Part shown: piece after piece, positions 18,564-27,878 of the stretch
Position numbering within the stretch: position 1 is the stretch's first letter
Layout: every line of letters starts with the position of its first letter
Assembly: GCA_965217865.1 (NCBI GenBank)
Contig: CBDCJO010000002.1
Span: 5,664,001-5,728,000 of the forward strand
Source of the DNA: Candidatus Latescibacterota bacterium
GTDB lineage: Bacteria; Latescibacterota; UBA2968; SICM01
Length of the DNA stretch: 64,000 bases
Reading direction: 5' to 3'
Translations under genes and position numbers: made by a program
Notes under the pieces: model-generated
Seen by the model: only the letters and a program-made list of their open reading frames with translations
What the model was told of the DNA's origin: nothing
Databases searched by the model: none

Positions 18564-19770
18564 GTGGCTTCTCCCGTTACTATCAAGGACCTTCAGACCA
18601 TCCTGACCGCACCCGATGGCTCCCGTTTGATCGTGGTGAAAATCATCACTTCGGAACCCGGCCTCTACGGCCTGGGATGCGCAACATTCACTCAGCGGTT
18701 TCAGGCGGTCCGAGCTGCCATCCACGAGCACATTCGACCGTTCGCCATCGGCAGGGACGTGGATCGCATCGAAGACATCTGGCAGTCCGTGATGGTCAAC
18801 GGCTACTGGAGAAACGGTCCGGTCCTGAACAACGCCATCTCCGGCCTGGACATGGCCCTCTGGGACATCAAAGGCAAGCGGGCGGCGATGCCCCTATACC
18901 AGCTGCTCGGCGGCAAATGTCGGGAAGCCGCCGCGGTTTACCGTCACGCGGATGGGAAGGACAAAGGGGAGGTGGAGGAGGACGTTCGAAAGTTCATGAC
19001 GCAGGGTTACCGCTACATCCGCGTCCAGGTCGGCGGATACGGTGGAATAGCTGCGGAACTCCACAAACCGGAGGGTGCTCTTGAGGGGGTCTACTTCGAT
19101 CCCCGTGAATACGCCCGGAAGGTCCTGGACACGATCAGACCATATCCGGGAAAGCGTGGGTCCCGCAATAGAGCTGCTTCACGACATTCACGAGCGTCTG
19201 CAGCCCATCGACGCGGTGGGGCTTGCCAAGGACCTGGAACCCTACAGACTGTTCTTCCTCGAAGATCCTCTAGCTCCGGAGGATCTGGAGTGGTTCCGGA
19301 ACATCCGGACCCAGTGCGCCACACCCATCGCCATGGGCGAATTATTCAACAATCCCAGGGAGTGGACCCCCTTGATCCAGGATCGCCTGATTGACTTCAT
19401 CAGGATGCACATCAGCCAGATGGGAGGTATCACCCCTGCCCGAAACGTCGCGGCCTTTGCAAACATGTACGGCATCCGGACAGCCTGGCACGGCCCGGGG
19501 GATGTCTCCCCGGTGGGACACGCAGCCAACCTGCACCTGGATCTCTGGGCGCCCAATTTCGGCGTCCAGGAATGGTCCGGGTTCTCCGACCTGGTCTGCG
19601 AGATGTTTCCCGGAATCCCGGAGGTCCGGGACGGATACATGTACCCGAACGATCGCCCCGGTCTTGGAATCGATATCGATGAAAAGCTGGCCTCAAAATA
19701 TCCGTGTAAGAACTATGTCGATCAATGGAGCCAAACCAGACTTCCCGATGGGACACCCGTACGTCCCTGA
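18564..19770 (+). pseudogene. RspA/ManD-type D-mannonate-dehydratase-family enolase, frameshifted at ~19137
   Basis: N-half (GCATFTQR, YWRNGPV) in one frame, C-half (LHDIHER, FLEDP, MGELF, TAWHGPGD) in another; removing one A in ACGATC-A-GACCAT restores DTIDHIRE. May be a sequencing error. Confidence 0.85.
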
Positions 19771-19842
19771 AACTGGAAAAATTCACCTGACGGTCAAGAT
19801 CCTCCAGCCAGGACGGATCTTTTGTAATGAGGGAGAACTTGA

Positions 19843-20727
19843 ATGGCAAAGCGCAAAGTCGTTCTCACGGGCGGGGCAGGATATGTCGCCGGCCGAATGC
19901 TTCCTGAACTTCGAAAACGCTACGACCTGACACTCCTCGATATCAAGACAAAAAACCGCGATGGTGAAGAGGTTGAGGGCGTCAATATAGCCGATCTTGT
20001 CAACAACGACAGGGAAGGATACAGAGGACATTTTCGCGGTGCCGATGCAGTGATCCACTGTGGATGGATCAGACACTCAGAACCGGGAGATAATTTCTGG
20101 GTCGAAAGGGACAACATCACCATGGCCTATAATGTCTACCAGACTTCCCTTGAGGAAAGCGTCCGGCGCGTGGTGGTCATCAGCTCCAATCATGCTGCGG
20201 ACTTCTACGAGCGATTGATCTGGTCGGATCAGATGGGCTACGATGTAACCCCTGACCTGCCTCCCCTCTCTGATAATTTCTACGGATGGGGCAAGGCGGC
20301 CTATGAACTTCTGGGATTCGTCTTCGCCAGCGGAGGAGCGACCCGGGACCACCTGTCCCACTTTAAACTGGGAGGCCATCCGGGGCTTCAAAATGTTCAG
20401 ATCCGGATCGGATCACCCAAGGAGAAAATAATCCTCGCCTGCGAGCCGGACGATTTGAAAACCTTTCACCGTTACCTGGGGGCCTATTTGAGTGCCCGGG
20501 ACCAGGTACAGCTCATCGTGAAGAGCATCGAGACCGAAAACATCGAGAACGAACACGGGGTGCCGTTTCAAATATTTTATGGGATCAGCGGAAATACCCA
20601 CAGCTTCTGGAACATCACCAACGCCCGGAAAGTGATCGGATATGCGCCGCAGGACGACAGCCAGATTAGATTCTCAGAAAAGGTTACGGAAATCATCACC
20701 GCCGCGAAAAAAGAAGGGCAACACTAA
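19843..20727 (+). CDS. NAD-dependent epimerase/dehydrogenase (uronate-dehydrogenase-like SDR)
   Basis: TGGAGYVA, SSNHA, YGWGK YxxxK, RIGS. Confidence 0.85.
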   Translation: MAKRKVVLTGGAGYVAGRMLPELRKRYDLTLLDIKTKNRDGEEVEGVNIADLVNNDREGYRGHFRGADAVIHCGWIRHSEPGDNFWVERDNITMAYNVYQTSLEESVRRVVVISSNHAADFYERLIWSDQMGYDVTPDLPPLSDNFYGWGKAAYELLGFVFASGGATRDHLSHFKLGGHPGLQNVQIRIGSPKEKIILACEPDDLKTFHRYLGAYLSARDQVQLIVKSIETENIENEHGVPFQIFYGISGNTHSFWNITNARKVIGYAPQDDSQIRFSEKVTEIITAAKKEGQH

Positions 20728-20736
20728 CCAATCGAC

Positions 20737-21957
20737 TTGTCCCCCCAAATATCTCATAGAGCATTGGCGCTTGTCGAATCACCGACCCTTGCCCTTTTTG
20801 CCAGGGTAAATGACCTCAAGGCGAAAGGCCAAGATGTCATCGAGTTTTATATCGGCGAGCCTGATTTCGGAATCCCGCCAAACGTAGCATCATCCATAAA
20901 AGACGCGATTGACCTGGGTAAAACCAACTATACACACCAGGCCGGCCTTCCGGAACTGAGAGAGGCGATCTCCGCCTATTACGATGCGCAGTTCGGTTTG
21001 AAGTTCGCCATAGATGATATCGTAGTGACCGCGGGGCCCAAAGATACGATCTACAAGTTGATGGGCACAATCGTAGACCCGGGTGATAAAGTCATCGTTA
21101 TGGATCCCCACTGGGAGGCTTATGGGGAGCAGGTCGGTTTCTTCGAAGGCTGTAATATTTTTGTACCTCGAGACAGGGATGATCTGAGCTACAGGCTCGA
21201 CTATCTCGAGGATGCCTTGCGGCAAAGGCCGAAGGCCCTGGTCCTCAACGATCCGGACAACCCGACCGGATACAAGGCGGGAACCGAGGAACTGGAGGCG
21301 ATCGCCGCCATGGCGAAAAGGTACGGTGTGATTGTCCTCTCCGATGAGATCTACTGGTTGCACTGCTATGATACAGAGTTCAAAAGCATCGCACATTTTT
21401 ATCCGGAGGGAACCATCGTACTGAGCGGAGTCTCCAAGGCCTGGGCGGGGACCGGTTTAAGGCTGGGATTCGCCATGTTTCCCGAAGAACTGCGCCACGT
21501 TTCAGGTTACATGTCCAGGTTCACCGGCCAGGCCTCGTCAAGCGTCAACACGCCGACTCAATGGGGGTTTTGCGAGGCGTTCTCCAACCCGGCGACCAGG
21601 ATATGGGAGAGGAAGATGGTGGAAGAGTTCAAAAGCAGAAGGGACATCGTAGAAGAAATCATAGGGGATATGTTGGGATATGCGCTTGGAGGGGCTTTCT
21701 ATGCCGCGCCGAAAACCCCGATTAACGGGCTGGAATTTTCTGAGAGACTGCTGCGGGAAGAACACGTGTGCGTCCTCCCTTTATCGACACTTACCTCAGG
21801 CGATCATGGATATTTCGAAGATAGGGTGAGGATCGCGTACGTAACCGATAAAGAGACATTAAAAGAGGGATTGTCCAGATTCAGGAGATTTTCGGAATCC
21901 ATAACCTCTCCGAAGAAACAAGAATTTACCGAAGAGACGAAGCGGATTTCCGGTTAA
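20737..21957 (+). CDS. class I/II PLP-dependent aminotransferase (AspC-like)
   Basis: GEPDF, PDNPTG, SDEIY, SKAWAGTGLRLG, GAFY, RIAY. Confidence 0.92.
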   Translation: MSPQISHRALALVESPTLALFARVNDLKAKGQDVIEFYIGEPDFGIPPNVASSIKDAIDLGKTNYTHQAGLPELREAISAYYDAQFGLKFAIDDIVVTAGPKDTIYKLMGTIVDPGDKVIVMDPHWEAYGEQVGFFEGCNIFVPRDRDDLSYRLDYLEDALRQRPKALVLNDPDNPTGYKAGTEELEAIAAMAKRYGVIVLSDEIYWLHCYDTEFKSIAHFYPEGTIVLSGVSKAWAGTGLRLGFAMFPEELRHVSGYMSRFTGQASSSVNTPTQWGFCEAFSNPATRIWERKMVEEFKSRRDIVEEIIGDMLGYALGGAFYAAPKTPINGLEFSERLLREEHVCVLPLSTLTSGDHGYFEDRVRIAYVTDKETLKEGLSRFRRFSESITSPKKQEFTEETKRISG

Positions 21958-21966
21958 GATGGGGGC

Positions 21967-23157
21967 GTGTCCTTGGGAAGCCGCACGTCATCGGCGCGAG
22001 TGATCACGGCAGGATGTTTCTTCGCCCTCTTCCTCTTCGGTTTTGAGGACAACCTGAAGGGTCCCACCCTACCCCTCCTCCTTCGGGACCTCAACTTCAC
22101 CTACTCGTCGGTAGGAACGATCCTCCTGGGCGGAGCCCTTGGATTCTTAACGTCTGTCCTTCTGACGGGCGCGCTTTCCGATATCATCGGTAAAAAACCC
22201 GTAATATTCGTCGCTTCGGTCGCCCTCTTCATCGGTGTAGCGACATACACCGGTTTCAGTTCATTCTGGACATTATTCCTGGGTATGATCGTCATAGGAT
22301 TTGGTTTTGGTTCACTGGAGATCGGAGGGCATGCGATTGTCATCGATATCCATCACGGGGAGAAGGGGAAATACCTCAACCTTTTGTCGTTTTCTTACGG
22401 GGTCGGTGCGATTACCGCTTCCCAGTTCGCAGGTTGGTTGGTTGCCGGGGGATTCGGTTGGCGCGAGGTCTATCGGCTCAGCGTTATACCTGTGGTTCTG
22501 CTTACTATCTATTTCTTGTTTGTCAAATACACCGACGATAAAACATCAACACCCGGGGGTTTGGATTTCAGGAAGATCGGTCGATCGGCCTTTTCCTGGA
22601 GGATGGTGACCTTATATTTCCTGATGAGTTCGAGTACCGCCATCGAAACAGGCCTGAGTTCCTGGATCGTTGAGTTCCTTCAAAAAGTTAAATATCAGTC
22701 AATCCTTCAAAGCTCGACGTTTCTGTCCCTTTTCTTTGCCTTCCTGACTGCCGGGAGATTATTCGGGAGCCTCCTGGTTGAGGGAATCGGTTACATTCGG
22801 ATCATGCTTTACGCCGCCATCGCTTCAGTTGTCTGTGTCTCCGTGGGCACATTCGCCCCGGTTGAAACAGTCTTCTTACTTCCGTTGACTGGATTCTTTA
22901 TCTCGATCATGTTCCCCACCATAACCGCAACGGTCTCGGATCTCCACAGTCAGAATGTCGGTACGGTTTTAGGCCTCCTTTTTGCCTTCGCCGGACTCGG
23001 AGCGATGCTCGGTCCGTGGGCAGTCGGAGTTTTTAGCGATCTTTTAGGGATACATCTGGGTTTTGGCGTGAATCTTGTCTTTTGCCTGGCCATGGTCATC
23101 TTACTGTTAATGCTTTTCCTAACCGGGGAGAAGACGGAAGCGCCAAAAGCGGCTTGA
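21967..23157 (+). CDS. MFS transporter (FucP/TsgA-like)
   Basis: About 12 TM helices, GALSDIIGKK motif A. Confidence 0.9.
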   Translation: MSLGSRTSSARVITAGCFFALFLFGFEDNLKGPTLPLLLRDLNFTYSSVGTILLGGALGFLTSVLLTGALSDIIGKKPVIFVASVALFIGVATYTGFSSFWTLFLGMIVIGFGFGSLEIGGHAIVIDIHHGEKGKYLNLLSFSYGVGAITASQFAGWLVAGGFGWREVYRLSVIPVVLLTIYFLFVKYTDDKTSTPGGLDFRKIGRSAFSWRMVTLYFLMSSSTAIETGLSSWIVEFLQKVKYQSILQSSTFLSLFFAFLTAGRLFGSLLVEGIGYIRIMLYAAIASVVCVSVGTFAPVETVFLLPLTGFFISIMFPTITATVSDLHSQNVGTVLGLLFAFAGLGAMLGPWAVGVFSDLLGIHLGFGVNLVFCLAMVILLLMLFLTGEKTEAPKAA

Positions 23158-23228
23158 CCTTGTTACTGTTTTACTGTCAAACGAAAGATCAACATATTCA
23201 GTTCAGAAACAAACTCTCGTGACAAGCC

Positions 23229-23266
23229 GACCCCGGTGGATCATTCCCTCGGGGTTTTCGATTTTA
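23229..23266 (+). terminator. probable Rho-independent terminator after the MFS operon
   Basis: GACCCCG..GGA-tcat-TCC..CGGGGTT followed by TTCGATTTT. Confidence 0.45.
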
Positions 23267-23624
23267 CGAGTTCCGCTCAAGGCCATCGGCGCGAGGGAGA
23301 GGGATCATTTTCTTACGCCTACGAGCCAGCCACTCTTATAAATGCCAGAAATAGAACTCAATTTTCCACGCGCGTGGAAAATTGGTCAAGCCATAAGGAT
23401 ACTCTTGCCTCCGCCAAGGTCCGTTAGAATTATTTAATCTATTGTAATATATGAGTTAACATGCTTCCGCTCTTTCCGTTTCCCTTCCATTTCCATCAAT
23501 TTTACTCCTATTTCCTGCCATTACCGGAGAAATCTTCCTTTCCCGCCTTTTGTTGAAAGATTTATCAGATTTTAATCAAAGTTACAATTATATTGCATAA
23601 TAACGATATTATTTTAAATAATCC

Positions 23625-23653
23625 TTGATTAATTTATTAAATTGAATCATATT
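23625..23653 (+). promoter_or_regulatory. AT-rich promoter overlapped by near-palindromic operator
   Basis: TTGATT-17 nt-CATATT; TGATTAATTTA/TAAATTGAATCA inverted repeat at 23626-23649. Confidence 0.45.
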
Positions 23654-23675
23654 TTATAAAATTAGGAGAACTGAT

Positions 23676-24056
23676 ATGCGAAAATTGATTGAACATTGCC
23701 CCGCATGCGGTGGTGAGCTACTTGTGACCCAGATGAGTTGTGCGTCCTGTGAAACGGTCATTCAGGGTCGGTATAAGCCATGTAATTTCTGTCACTTATC
23801 CCCTGAAAGCCTCCTCTTCCTCGAAAGCTTCGTCAGGAACCGGGGAAATGTGAAGGAGATGGAACGGGAGCTGGAGGTTTCCTATTCAACCGTCCGGGGA
23901 AAACTTAATGAGGTTATCCAGGAGATGGGCTTCGAGATCAAACCTGTGGAGTACGAGGAGACAATTTCCCGCAGGAGGGAGATCCTGGACCAGCTCGATC
24001 GGGGAGAGATTAAGGCCACCGAAGCTTCGGAGATGATTTCGCAGCTAAATCAATAG
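23676..24056 (+). CDS. DUF2089-family Zn-ribbon/HTH protein
   Basis: CPACGG..C.SCET.I.G, F...RGNVKEMERELEVSYSTVRGKL, C-terminal IL..L..GEI. Confidence 0.9.
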   Translation: MRKLIEHCPACGGELLVTQMSCASCETVIQGRYKPCNFCHLSPESLLFLESFVRNRGNVKEMERELEVSYSTVRGKLNEVIQEMGFEIKPVEYEETISRRREILDQLDRGEIKATEASEMISQLNQ

Positions 24057-24097
24057 AGAAGGCCTTTTGATTACCCCTTTTGGAATAGGAGCTCCAA

Positions 24098-24406
24098 ATG
24101 AAGGAAGAACGAATCAAGATCCTGCGGATGGTTGCCGAGGGCAAGATCACCCCGGAAGAAGGGGAGCAGCTTATGGATGCACTCGATGGAGGAAAACAGG
24201 AAAAAGCCCGCCCCAATGCCTCACATACAACGAAATTGTCGTTCGAGAAAACCTTTGAAAATATGTTTGGCATGAAGTGGCCTTTTGAGGAAGAAACCCA
24301 TTTCGATATTATGGATGGTGATCCGAAATGGCCTTTTGGTGAGGGCGGTCCATTTGGTCGTGAGGTTCCGTTCGCTAAAAAAAAGAATAGAAAGGACACT
24401 CCGTGA
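24098..24406 (+). CDS. SHOCT-like (YvlB/LiaX N-terminal) domain protein
   Basis: MKEERIKILRMVAEGKITPEEGEQLMDAL. Confidence 0.75.
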   Translation: MKEERIKILRMVAEGKITPEEGEQLMDALDGGKQEKARPNASHTTKLSFEKTFENMFGMKWPFEEETHFDIMDGDPKWPFGEGGPFGREVPFAKKKNRKDTP

Positions 24407-24768
24407 GCGAAGAACGCACCAAGATCCTGAAGATGCTCGAAGAGGGAAAGATCACCGTTGATGAGGCAACAAAACTCATCGAAGCCGTAGACGACATCGG
24501 GTCATCAAATCAAGGGAAATCAGGGGATAAGGCGAGATTTGTTCGCGTCCGGATATGGGATGACGGCGGGGAGAAAGTCAAAGTGAACGTCCCCCTTGCT
24601 CTTGCCAGAACCGTCTTCCGCGCTATTCCCCCATCTGCGCGTCAGCAGATCGACCTGCATGGGGTGGATCTCGAACAACTCCTGAACGGGGTCATGGATA
24701 ACCTGAAACCCGGAAAACTCGTCGAGATTCAGGACGGAGGGAAGGGCGTGGAGGTGGTCATTGAGTGA
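24403..24768 (+). CDS. SHOCT-like (YvlB/LiaX N-terminal) domain protein
   Basis: MSEERTKILKMLEEGKITVDEA, VKVNVPLALA, GKLVEI.D..VEV.IE. Confidence 0.82.
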   Translation: MSEERTKILKMLEEGKITVDEATKLIEAVDDIGSSNQGKSGDKARFVRVRIWDDGGEKVKVNVPLALARTVFRAIPPSARQQIDLHGVDLEQLLNGVMDNLKPGKLVEIQDGGKGVEVVIE

Positions 24769-25576
24769 AGGCCTTCGAACACAACAGGCGAACCGGGTCC
24801 TGAACGCCATCAACCGAGGCGAGATCTCGGCGACCCAGGGTCTGAAGGCCCTTCAGTTTTCACGGCTGGAAAAATCCCGGGGACGAACCTGGCTTACCCT
24901 CTGGCTCCGATTCGACTTTAGGACGCGAGAACGAGAAATCCGGCTCTTGATACCTCTCATTGCTATCGGTCCATTAATTCTTTTTCGGAATTATGCACTT
25001 GACAAAGGCGAGTCTTTCTTCGCCTTAATCAAGCGTGGTCACTATGGCGTTTTTCATCAGCTTAGCAAGAGACACTTGCAGCGATATTTAGCTGAAAAGT
25101 CAACAGGAACTTGCCGCGTGGCAAGTATACATAAATATAGGTATTTTTTCTGGAAGCGCAACTAATTAATAACCGAAATCGCCATGCCCAAACAGCAACC
25201 CAAACAGCAAGAAAGTCAGGACACTGAAGCTGTCCTGCGGATAGCCCTCAATACACTCCCGCCAAAGCCCAAGAAAAAGAAACGGCCACAAGGCAAAAAG
25301 GCCAAGTGACCGGGGGATGTTCTGAACGGGTCTTATCTGATTCAGTCAATTATTGTGCTTTGTAAAGTGCATAATTCCGTTCTTTTTTTCTTCATCGCCT
25401 TCCTTCCTCTTGCGGCATTGGGGGTGATATTCCTTAGGAGACACGAAATCTGGGGCACTTTTGGGCGGATCCTCATGGTCATATTCAGCCTGTCAAAGGC
25501 CCTTCTTTTCTATGGACGCGGAATGGGTGTCCGGGTGAAAGACCGAGAAACTGAGGTAGGGTTCTGGTTGTCGTAG
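24761..25576 (+). pseudogene. 137-aa membrane protein gene interrupted by MITE
   Basis: Removing 24986-25387 joins ...IGPLILF in frame to FFIAFLPLAALG...VGFWLS*. Confidence 0.8.
24986..25379. mobile_element. IS1595-derived miniature element (394 bp)
   Basis: 22-bp TIRs CGGAATTATGCACTTGACAAAG / CTTTGTAAAGTGCATAATTCCG (1 mismatch); 8-bp TSD TTCTTTTT; internal ESFFALIKRGHYGVFHQLSKRHLQRYLAE transposase tail. Confidence 0.92.
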
Positions 25577-25596
25577 CGTTCAAAAAAGGGGCTGAC

Positions 25597-26180
25597 ATGA
25601 ACGAAGATCGGATCAATATCCTACACATGGTCGCCGATGGCAAGATCAACGCCGAGGAGGGGGATCAACTTCTGGAGGCGTTTGACCAAGAGGGACCAAA
25701 CACCCTTTCACAATCCCTTTCCGGTGATAAGAAGAACGGTGAGGACGCTAATCCTTTTTCACAGGAGAGGTTTGGGAAGGAAGGGATATTCGGATGGTTG
25801 TTTGGAGAGGGAGGGCTTTGGGGAGGAGGGCGTCAATTCCAGACAGAAGAATCGCGAACCCTTGATGCGAGGGGCTATTCCTTGGTAACCTTGGAAAATA
25901 CGAACGGAAACATCGTTGTCGAAGGCGTTGAGGGGGACTCTTTAGTTATGCACGTCGTTAAGAAGGTAAAAGCCCTCTCGAAAGAGGATGCGAAGGAACG
26001 CCTCGACGCAATCCGGATATCCGTTCTGGAAGAGAAGCCTTCGATCACCATCACGACTGACGCCTCGAACCTAAAATCCACGAGAAACTACAGCGTAGAC
26101 TATCGCATACATGCCCCGAAGAAAATGGCTGAGACGATTGGAAATAGGAATGGAAATATCTCAGTCTCAGACGTCGATGC
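25597..26180 (+). pseudogene. SHOCT + DUF4097 (beta-repeat) gene, 3'-truncated and fused in frame to a transposase
   Basis: MNEDRINILHMVADGKI; LENTNGNIVVEG, VDYRIHAPKKM, NRNGNISV; junction position approximate. Confidence 0.75.
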
Positions 26181-27869
26181 GAGGGAAGCACGAATTGTCC
26201 GTCGTTTGCGTCGGAAGCAGTGGTGCAGTCAGGTCAAGCCTATGATGTCTGGGGGAAACATCCACTACGAGATGAGTGGGAAGGCCGAGGCGATCACGTG
26301 TGGGGGGATCGGCGCGTTTCACCACCTGGTCCGCAGGGTTGGGCTGGTGAAAGAGATTGACCGTCATCTTCATCTTTTGAAAGTGCATTTGCCCTGTCAC
26401 GAATCAGACCACGTTCTGAACATCGCCTACAATGCGCTGGTTGGTGGTCAACGCCTTGAAGACATTGAGCTGCGCCGGCAGGATGCCACGTTCCTGAACG
26501 CTTTGGGCGCTCAGCGTCTCCCGGATCCGGCCACAGCAGGCGACTTTACACGTCGTTTCCGGCCATCGGATATCGAGACGTTGATGGATTGCATCAACCG
26601 GGTGCGCACCCGGATCTGGAAAAAGCGCGCCAGGGGCGAACTCAAAGAAGCCCTCATCGACATCGACGGCACCCTGGCCACCACTCTCGGAGAACGCAAG
26701 CAGGGCATGGCCCTGTCATACAACGGTATCTGGGGATACCATCCTCTCGTGGTCTCTCTGGCGAACACCAGGGAGGTGTTGTTTCTTGTGAATCGACCCG
26801 GCAATGTGCCCAGCCACGACGGTGCCGTAAAGTGGATCGATCGCGCCATCGCGCTGGTCGCCCCTTTCGCCAAACGCATCTGCCTGCGCGGAGACACCGG
26901 CTTCTCACTCACCCGGCACTTCGATCGTTGGTCGGAAAAGGTCGACTTCGTCTTCGGCATGGATGCTTACCGGGGATTGGTCAAGATCGCCAAATCCCTG
27001 TCACAGAGCGATTGGGAGCCCTTTGAACGACAACCCAAATACCAGGTCAAGACCTCCCAGAGACAGAAACGCGAGAACGTGAAAGCCCGGATCATCCGGG
27101 AGCGCGGCTTCAAAAACATCCGACTTGCCAGTGAACGTGTTGCCGGGGTTTCGTATCGTCCTGCTCGATGCAGGAAGACCTGTCGACTCGTGATCCTCGA
27201 AAAGAACCTGAGCGTCGAACGCGGCGAAAACGCCCTGTTCGATGACAAGCGCTGTTTCTTCTACATTACCACCCGAAAAGATCTTACGGCCGCGGAAATC
27301 GTGAGGCTGGCCAATCGACGGTGCGATCAGGAAAACGTGATTGAACAACTCAAGAACGGGGTCAACGCCATGCGGATGCCCGTCGACAACCTGATGAGCA
27401 ACTGGGCTTACATGGTCATGACCGCCCTGGCGTGGAACCTCAAAGCCTGGTTCGCGTTGATGATCCGAAAGCGTGAGCGTCGCGATCAACTTCTGAGAAT
27501 GGAGTTTCGCGCCTTCCTCCAGAATCTGATCTGGATCCCTTGCCAGATCGTGACCCGGGGAAGACAGATCATCTATCGTGTCTTGGGCTACAACCGGTGG
27601 ATGACTGACTTCTTCCCGGCCTGGAACAGAATCAGATGGCTCAAACCGGCCTGACTGCCATGTCAGCACCTGTCGTCGTAACATCACAGGGACAAGTCCG
27701 TCCACCCCGGCTAAAACACGTCCGCAAACTCAGTTAATTAGACAATCGCATGCCGAAACAATCACAAAAACAGCCCAGACATCATCTCCACCAAGTCACA
27801 AGTCTGAAATGCTCCGAAATCTTGTATAACACACCGCTCAACAAGCCTATTCGCTTATTTTAGGACTAG
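26181..27869 (+). mobile_element. IS1380-family element lacking its left end (transposase reads to 27654)
   Basis: HESDHVLNIAYN, DP.TAGDF.RRF, DIDGT, GYHPLVVSLANT, RGDT, QENVIEQLKNG; right end ...CTTATTTTAGGACTAG. Confidence 0.88.
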
Positions 27870-27878
27870 TGGGGTGTC

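Noticed and set aside
19120-19150. Programmed frameshift in the ManD/RspA-like gene
   Set aside because: No slippery heptamer or stimulatory structure; a single-base insertion or sequencing error is simpler
23205-23350. Known riboswitch or 6S RNA in the MFS-DUF2089 gap
   Set aside because: Hairpins are present but no recognisable consensus of a known family; the terminator explanation is sufficient
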